Source: Candidatus Saccharimonadota bacterium (GTDB lineage: Bacteria > Pseudomonadota > Alphaproteobacteria > Rickettsiales > Anaplasmataceae). Taken from it: a DNA stretch of 32,000 bases. Below the pieces are notes generated by a model. It searched no databases. It was not told the origin of the DNA and saw only the letters and a program-made list of their open reading frames with translations. A program made the translations under genes and the position numbers. Where the stretch lies: assembly GCF_013365475.1 (NCBI RefSeq), contig NZ_CP046579.1:480001-512000 (forward strand), written 5' to 3'. Positions within the stretch are counted from its first letter, which is position 1, and each line of letters opens with the position of its first letter. Below are positions 27,243 to 32,000 of this stretch, one piece after another.

Positions 27243-29261
27243 TTTCAATAAAAGATAATGCTCTAACATGAATTTCTAACATACGCACAGTAGAGTTGTT
27301 TTGTACGCGGAATAAAAAGTATAGTAAGCTTGTTGCGAGAAATAGAAAATAAAGCGATATACAAGGTTAAAACTGATATCAAGTTACCTATACTTTTCTA
27401 CTATTATAATTTTAAATTAAGCTTGGAACTTTTTTTACCAGGAGAAAAGAAAGAACACATATAACACTATTACTAATAGTAAAAATAGTCTGATAGACTT
27501 TATAGTAGGAATTCTAAATTTATCGTAATTTCGTCAGTAGTTGGTTTTATCAGCTTCAAAAATTTGACTTTCATAGCTTGAATAAAGGGATTTGTGTCCA
27601 AAATATATTGGATGAGATAGTGACAACTTAAGCACTAGTTACTTATTATCCTTTACTACTTGATTTATTTTTGTTAACTTCTTGACTTTTGATGACTATT
27701 ACTACTGCCATATTTCAATGTAAATCTTTTGCTCTGATAGAAAGTATGAGTTACTATGCAAAACTATAAGGCTGGTAATAAGGAATAACATATCCTTTTT
27801 TAGTAATTTTTAGTAATATAATATAGCAAAAGAGTATTACTTACACTATAAGCTAAGTATAGCAAACTAGGAGAATTAGGTATTAAGGATAATATTCATC
27901 AGTATTGAAGCGAAGTAATAAACGACAAGGTAGTATGTAGCCATTATTTCATATATAAAAACATTATTCTATGTATCTGATCTAGGCATTACCTTTCTCA
28001 TGTAGGGTGCTGAAAATACTCTATTTGTTAGCTTAGCAAAGGGTCTAAAACAGTTATGAAAAAGTGGTTAGTATAAGAATAAATATTTTACACTATACAA
28101 AGCAACTGGCTGGAAAATTACTTTTTGATAGAGTTGTTAAGAGAAGAATCAAGTTCTACAGTAAAAAATAGTATTATATAATATGATTATAACTTACAAA
28201 GCTTTAGTCAATAATAGTTATAAATTCATAAGGCAAGTGTGGCTTAGTAAGCAAGTATTGGATTGTAAATCCTGGGAAAAGGGTAACGGTTTCATTATAA
28301 AAAAATTTTAGCACAATAATTAATATGTCTCAGATATTTTACTTCTCAGTTGTAAAAACTGTCCATTGTTACTGGGAGTGTTATCAGTGTCATATCTGTA
28401 TATTTAATGCAAAATATGATAAAGGTGCCAATAAGAAGCTTAGATATGATCTAATAACTCAAGTTAATTGGATTTAATGTTTTTAAGTTGCTACCTTCAA
28501 GTAAAGAAACTTAGGAAGATAGTTGTGATGTATAAAAGATAGTGCTTTTAGGAAGCGACTAAATGCATTTTTCTATCGCATTACGTCTTCTTTACCTGCG
28601 GTACACTTTGCAACGCATGTATCATTGATCATTTCCTGATTAGTAGAATAACTTATACAAGTTTCTGCCACGCCTGGTGCTATTATGATAACTATTTTTG
28701 GTGCACTAAAAATACAGCAGTAAATATACTGAGTGTAAAGAGTACTGGTCAAGGCATTTTGCCAAGTATTGTAGCAACACTATACTATTACTACTACTGT
28801 AATCATCGGTTCCACGAAGATTTGAGTATAATCTACTATTTATATATTATTATTAATGCATCATCAGCAAATGAGAAGAATAAAGACACAAATAGAAGAA
28901 ATTCATTCATTGTGCTAAAAAATTTTATTCATGCTATTTTGCTTTGATCAAGTTTAGGTAAAAGTGCAACTTAATATTAGACCTTACGCTGTAAAAAATG
29001 CTGTGTATCTATTATTTATAACAATCAGTTACTTGCATCTTTTAGATATATTTTCCTACGCTATTATTACTTCTAATGCCTTGTTGCTCATTTTATAAGG
29101 AAAGATGACAAAATTATAAATATAGTATTTTTCACTCACATTTATTAAAGTTGAGGTGTTAGTGAATTTATTACACTATAAACTTGATTTTGCTTTGTTT
29201 TAGCTTTTATTAAACTAATTGAATCGACATGTAAAATCTGCTAAAGTCCATTTTATAGAAT
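27243..29261. other. 2,019-bp spacer without credible ORFs, the largest in the window
   Basis: The only track ORF is 28759-28947 (62 aa, low-complexity YYYYY and I-rich, implausible). The spacer contains a start-less 68-codon frame on the minus strand and four copies of ACACTATA. Confidence 0.5.
28573..28779 (-). pseudogene. Start-less 68-codon open frame, locally GC-richer; possible C-terminal remnant of a decayed gene
   Basis: The minus-strand frame is CCYNTWQNALTSTLYTQYIYCCIFSAPKIVIIIAPGVAETCISYSTNQEMINDTCVAKCTAGKEDVMR, ending in a stop. There is no start codon until the late internal Met. I do not recognise the family. Confidence 0.25.
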
Positions 29262-29336
29262 GCACCCTTAGCTCAGTTGGATTAGAGCATTTGACTACGG
29301 ATCAAAAGGCCGGGCGTTCAAGTCGCTCAGGGTGCA
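29262..29336 (+). tRNA. tRNA-Arg (anticodon ACG), 75 nt
   Basis: GCACCCT-TA-GCTC-AGTTGGATT-AGAGC-A-TTTGA-CTACGGA-TCAAA-AGGCC-GGGCG-TTCAAGT-CGCTC-AGGGTGC-A forms a full cloverleaf. Confidence 0.95.
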
Positions 29337-29371
29337 TTTGTTTTTAAAATGCATGGAAAGTATAAGCCACA

Positions 29372-29400
29372 CTTGAAATTAATGTATGTAATACTTACCT
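29372..29400 (+). promoter_or_regulatory. Candidate dnaJ promoter: CTTGAA(A)-N16-CTTACCT (sigma32-like)
   Basis: CACTTGAAATTAATGTATGTAATACTTACCT ends 27 nt upstream of the dnaJ ATG. It has the same hexamer and 16-nt spacing as the groES upstream region. Confidence 0.3.
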
Positions 29401-29427
29401 TTAGAGGTTAAATACTGAACTTTATAT

Positions 29428-30537
29428 ATGAGTACTAAAGATTACTATGAACTGCTAGGAGTAAGCAGGAATGCGAGCATTGATGAGATCAAAAAAGCAT
29501 ATAAAAAATTAGCGTTAAAGTATCATCCTGATAGAAATCCTGGTAGCAAGGAAGCAGAGGAAAAATTCAAGGAGATAACAGCTGCATATGATGTTTTGTC
29601 TAATCCTGAAAAAAAAGCCGGTTATGATAATTATGGTCATGAAGGTGCTTCTGGTGGTTTCAACTTTAGCCAGGCTGCTGGGGATTTTAGTGACATATTT
29701 AGTGACTTTTTTAGCGGAGGATTTGGGGAGTCAAGAAGATCAAAAGCAAAAAGAGGTACATCAGGAGTACCTGGGTCAGATTTGCGTTATGATCTTGAAA
29801 TTACTTTAGAAGATGCATTTAATGGAATAAAAGCACCTATACATTATATTACAAATGTAAAATGTGACACGTGCAGAGGTACTGGTAGTGAAGGTGCAAT
29901 TAAGCCAACACAGTGTCACTCCTGTAGAGGAAGTGGTAGGGTTAGGTCTCAACAGGGATTTTTTACAATTGAAAGAACTTGTACCACATGTTATGGGGAA
30001 GGTGAAATAGTGCAGAATAAGTGTAAAAAGTGTGGTGGGAATGGACGAAGAAGAGATGAAGTGAATATATCAGTTTCAATCCCGAAGGGGATAGAGGATG
30101 GTGCCAAGGTAAGGGTAAGTGGTAAAGGAGAGGCTGGAGCAAGGGGTGGAGAAAATGGAGATTTATATGTATATATAAAAATTCTTCCACATAAAATCTT
30201 TACTCGTGATAAAGCTGATTTACATTGCAAAGTACCTATAAAAATGACATTAGCAGCTCTTGGTGGTGAAATAGATGTTCAATCAATTGATAAAGCTAAA
30301 ATAAAAATAAAAGTCCCTGAAGGTACTCAAACTGGTACTAAATTACGTTGTAGAGAAAAAGGTATGCCATATATAAACTCAAATGCACGTGGTGATTTGT
30401 ATGTGCAGGTGATAATTGAAACTTTAAACCCAAAAACATTAACTAAAAAACAAATTGAGTTGTTAAAAGCACTTGAAGAAGAAGAAAATATGCAGCAGCC
30501 CCCAGAAGGGTTTTTTAGCAAAGTAAAAAAAAAGTAA
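29428..30537 (+). CDS. dnaJ: Molecular chaperone DnaJ, 369 aa
   Basis: J-domain with HPD (KDYYELLGV...YHPDRN), a G/F-rich linker and four CxxCxGxG zinc-finger repeats ([32 protein letters not shown]). Confidence 0.96.
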   Translation: MSTKDYYELLGVSRNASIDEIKKAYKKLALKYHPDRNPGSKEAEEKFKEITAAYDVLSNPEKKAGYDNYGHEGASGGFNFSQAAGDFSDIFSDFFSGGFGESRRSKAKRGTSGVPGSDLRYDLEITLEDAFNGIKAPIHYITNVKCDTCRGTGSEGAIKPTQCHSCRGSGRVRSQQGFFTIERTCTTCYGEGEIVQNKCKKCGGNGRRRDEVNISVSIPKGIEDGAKVRVSGKGEAGARGGENGDLYVYIKILPHKIFTRDKADLHCKVPIKMTLAALGGEIDVQSIDKAKIKIKVPEGTQTGTKLRCREKGMPYINSNARGDLYVQVIIETLNPKTLTKKQIELLKALEEEENMQQPPEGFFSKVKKK

Positions 30538-31015
30538 AAAACTTATTAGATGATGCTAAGAATAATTTTAAGTCTCTTTAATTACTAAAATACTTGGTGC
30601 GTAACTATACAGATATTTCTACGTGAGGTTAACTCTATCTGATTTTTAAATTGAGTAATGAGATAGGTGATGGAAGAGGAAGCTCTATGTGTTTATATGT
30701 TTAATTTAATAGTTTTTAAAAAAGTCTTAAATTAAGTTGTAAATATACAGGTGTCTGATAATATTTTAAACTACCGTCTTCTATTTTTTAGTGCAATATA
30801 GAAATAATATAATTAAGCAATAATCTAGTAAATCGTTCATTATAAAGTGGTAATATGCTACAAAAGTATGTTACTGCTATACTTAGCGACATTAGTGTAA
30901 TAAAGTAGAATATCATAAACGCATAATCCATGGAAGAAAAATAGCATCGAAATATACCACTTTACTAAACCATGTAATCCTGATATAGTTACCTTCAAAG
31001 TATGCAAAAATATAA

Positions 31016-32000
31016 ATGGCAACTTTAAGCGTTAGAGAAGCTCTATGTACGGCAATTAGGGAAGAAATGCAAAATGACTGTGATGTGTTTATCATAGGGG
31101 AAGAGGTTGCAGAGTATGATGGTGCTTACAAAGTAACGAAAGGATTGCTGAAAGAATTTGGAGAGGGTAGGGTAGTTGATGCCCCAATCACTGAGCACGG
31201 GTTTACTGGCCTTGCTGTTGGAGCAGCGCTTGCTGGACTTAAGCCAATTGTTGAGTTTATGACCTTTAATTTTTCTATGCAGGCAATCGACCAAATCGTA
31301 AACTCTGCAGCAAAAATCAGCTATATGTCAGGTGGTCAGCTTGGGTGTTCTATAGTGTTTCGTGGACCGAATGGTGCTGCAACAAGAGTATCTGCACAAC
31401 ATTCTCAATGCTTTGCATCTTGGTACTCACATATACCGGGATTAAAAGTAATAGCACCTTACTTTTCATCTGATTGTAGAGGTCTACTCAAAGCAGCAAT
31501 CCGTGATCCAGGTCCAGTAATATTTTTAGAAAATGAAATTGCTTATGGGCATGAGCATGAAGTCTCTGATTCTGAGCTATCAAATAAAGATTATCTACTT
31601 AAGATAGGTAAAGCTGCTATTATCCGAAGAGGAAAGGATGTAACCATTACTGCTTTCTCGTTGAAGTTAGTAGATGCTTTAAATGCAGCAGATTTACTTT
31701 TAAATGAAGGTATAGAAGCTGAAGTTATTGACCTTAGAACTTTAAGGCCACTTGATACCAAAACTATTATTAATTCTATTAAAAAAACTAATAAGTTAGT
31801 AAGTGTAGAGGAAGGTTGGCCGTTTGCAGGAATAGGAGCAGAGTTATCCGCCATCATTATGGAACATGGATTTGATTATCTAGACGCCCCAATTGCTCGA
31901 GTAGCTAGTAAGGATGTCCCATTGCCTTATGCTGCAAACCTGGAAAAGAAAGCATTACCACAGGTAGAGGATATAATTAAAGCTGTACATCATACTTGCT
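31016..32000 (+). CDS. pdhB: Pyruvate dehydrogenase E1 component beta subunit, partial (328 codons; C-terminal few residues beyond the window)
   Basis: My own translation from the ATG at 31016 is [100 protein letters not shown]...[11 protein letters not shown]...[20 protein letters not shown]. There is no stop before the window end, so it is absent from the ORF track. Minus-strand track ORFs in this region are shadows. Confidence 0.95.
   Translation, partial: MATLSVREALCTAIREEMQNDCDVFIIGEEVAEYDGAYKVTKGLLKEFGEGRVVDAPITEHGFTGLAVGAALAGLKPIVEFMTFNFSMQAIDQIVNSAAKISYMSGGQLGCSIVFRGPNGAATRVSAQHSQCFASWYSHIPGLKVIAPYFSSDCRGLLKAAIRDPGPVIFLENEIAYGHEHEVSDSELSNKDYLLKIGKAAIIRRGKDVTITAFSLKLVDALNAADLLLNEGIEAEVIDLRTLRPLDTKTIINSIKKTNKLVSVEEGWPFAGIGAELSAIIMEHGFDYLDAPIARVASKDVPLPYAANLEKKALPQVEDIIKAVHHTC

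Noticed and set aside
27798-27817. Tandem TTTTAGTAAT x2
   Set aside because: It has only two copies of a 10-mer of low complexity. It is neither a CRISPR array nor a meaningful satellite.
28231-28296. tRNA-Tyr-like fragment: GGATTGTAAATCC resembles a Tyr (GTA) anticodon arm and CAAGTGTGGCTTAGTAAGC resembles a class II D-arm
   Set aside because: It has no acceptor stem and no T-arm (GGTTTCATTAT cannot pair). The D-to-anticodon spacing is about 8 nt too long, and the anticodon stem has only 3 clean pairs. The local sequence can equally be read as a degenerate 18-nt duplication (GCAAGTGTGGCTTAGTAA / GCAAGTATTGGATTGTAA). At best it is a dead tRNA relic, which is not supportable as a feature.
28759-28947. 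62-aa plus-strand ORF (MPSIVATLYYYYYCNHRF...) in the 2-kb spacer
   Set aside because: It is a low-complexity, Y/I-rich sequence starting at a non-ATG codon with no RBS. It overlaps the more protein-like minus-strand frame. It is most likely a chance ORF in AT-rich DNA.
2288-29261. Idea that the long spacers are coding under an alternative genetic code (for example UGA=Trp)
   Set aside because: Conceptual translations of the spacers are interrupted by TAA, TAG and TGA alike, and the intact genes terminate and read normally under the standard bacterial code.
30676-31047. Shared 12-mer GAAGCTCTATGT at about 30679-30690 and in the pdhB 5' end (about 31036-31047), considered as a possible duplicated gene start
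   Set aside because: Dozens of repeated 12-mers are expected by chance in a 32-kb AT-rich window, and the similarity does not extend beyond about 16 nt.

Overview
AT-rich window from a reduced alphaproteobacterial endosymbiont genome. The GroEL/GroES, CckA-like kinase and ValRS sequences look most like Wolbachia (Anaplasmataceae). That is recognition from memory, not a database search. I can support 18 protein-coding genes and 2 tRNAs (Leu-CAA, Arg-ACG). All the genes are housekeeping: groEL (partial), groES, ygfZ, rmuC, a DD-carboxypeptidase, pheT, dcd, an RDD-family membrane protein, dnaB, metG, a fused rpiB-ubiG, dnaG, valS, pyrF, hemF, a cckA-like hybrid histidine kinase, dnaJ and pdhB (partial). 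groEL (1-973, minus) and pdhB (31016-32000, plus) run off the window and are missing from the ORF track. Four track ORFs start at upstream TTG codons where a nearby ATG is more plausible. One track ORF (10676-11425) is over-extended through a tRNA-Leu gene. By my coordinates only about 71% of the window is genic (22,778 of 32,000 nt). Eight spacers of 0.5-2.0 kb carry essentially no ORF of 60 codons or more, apart from one implausible low-complexity 62-aa ORF. They look like eroded gene remnants: stop-riddled frames, orphan Shine-Dalgarno motifs, and coding-like A/T strand asymmetry. I found no CRISPR array, IS or transposase, prophage, toxin-antitoxin, secretion or defence genes, and I see no evidence for a novel multi-gene system. 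The items most worth a second look are the in-frame RpiB-UbiG fusion with an A8 run at its junction, and a small gene-like frame at 22953-23218 with a strong RBS and ATG but an immediate stop and frame break. Others are the unusually long ORF-free spacers (largest 2 kb), a perfect 13-bp inverted repeat between dnaB and metG, and a shared CTTGAA(A)-N16 promoter-like architecture upstream of groES and dnaJ.
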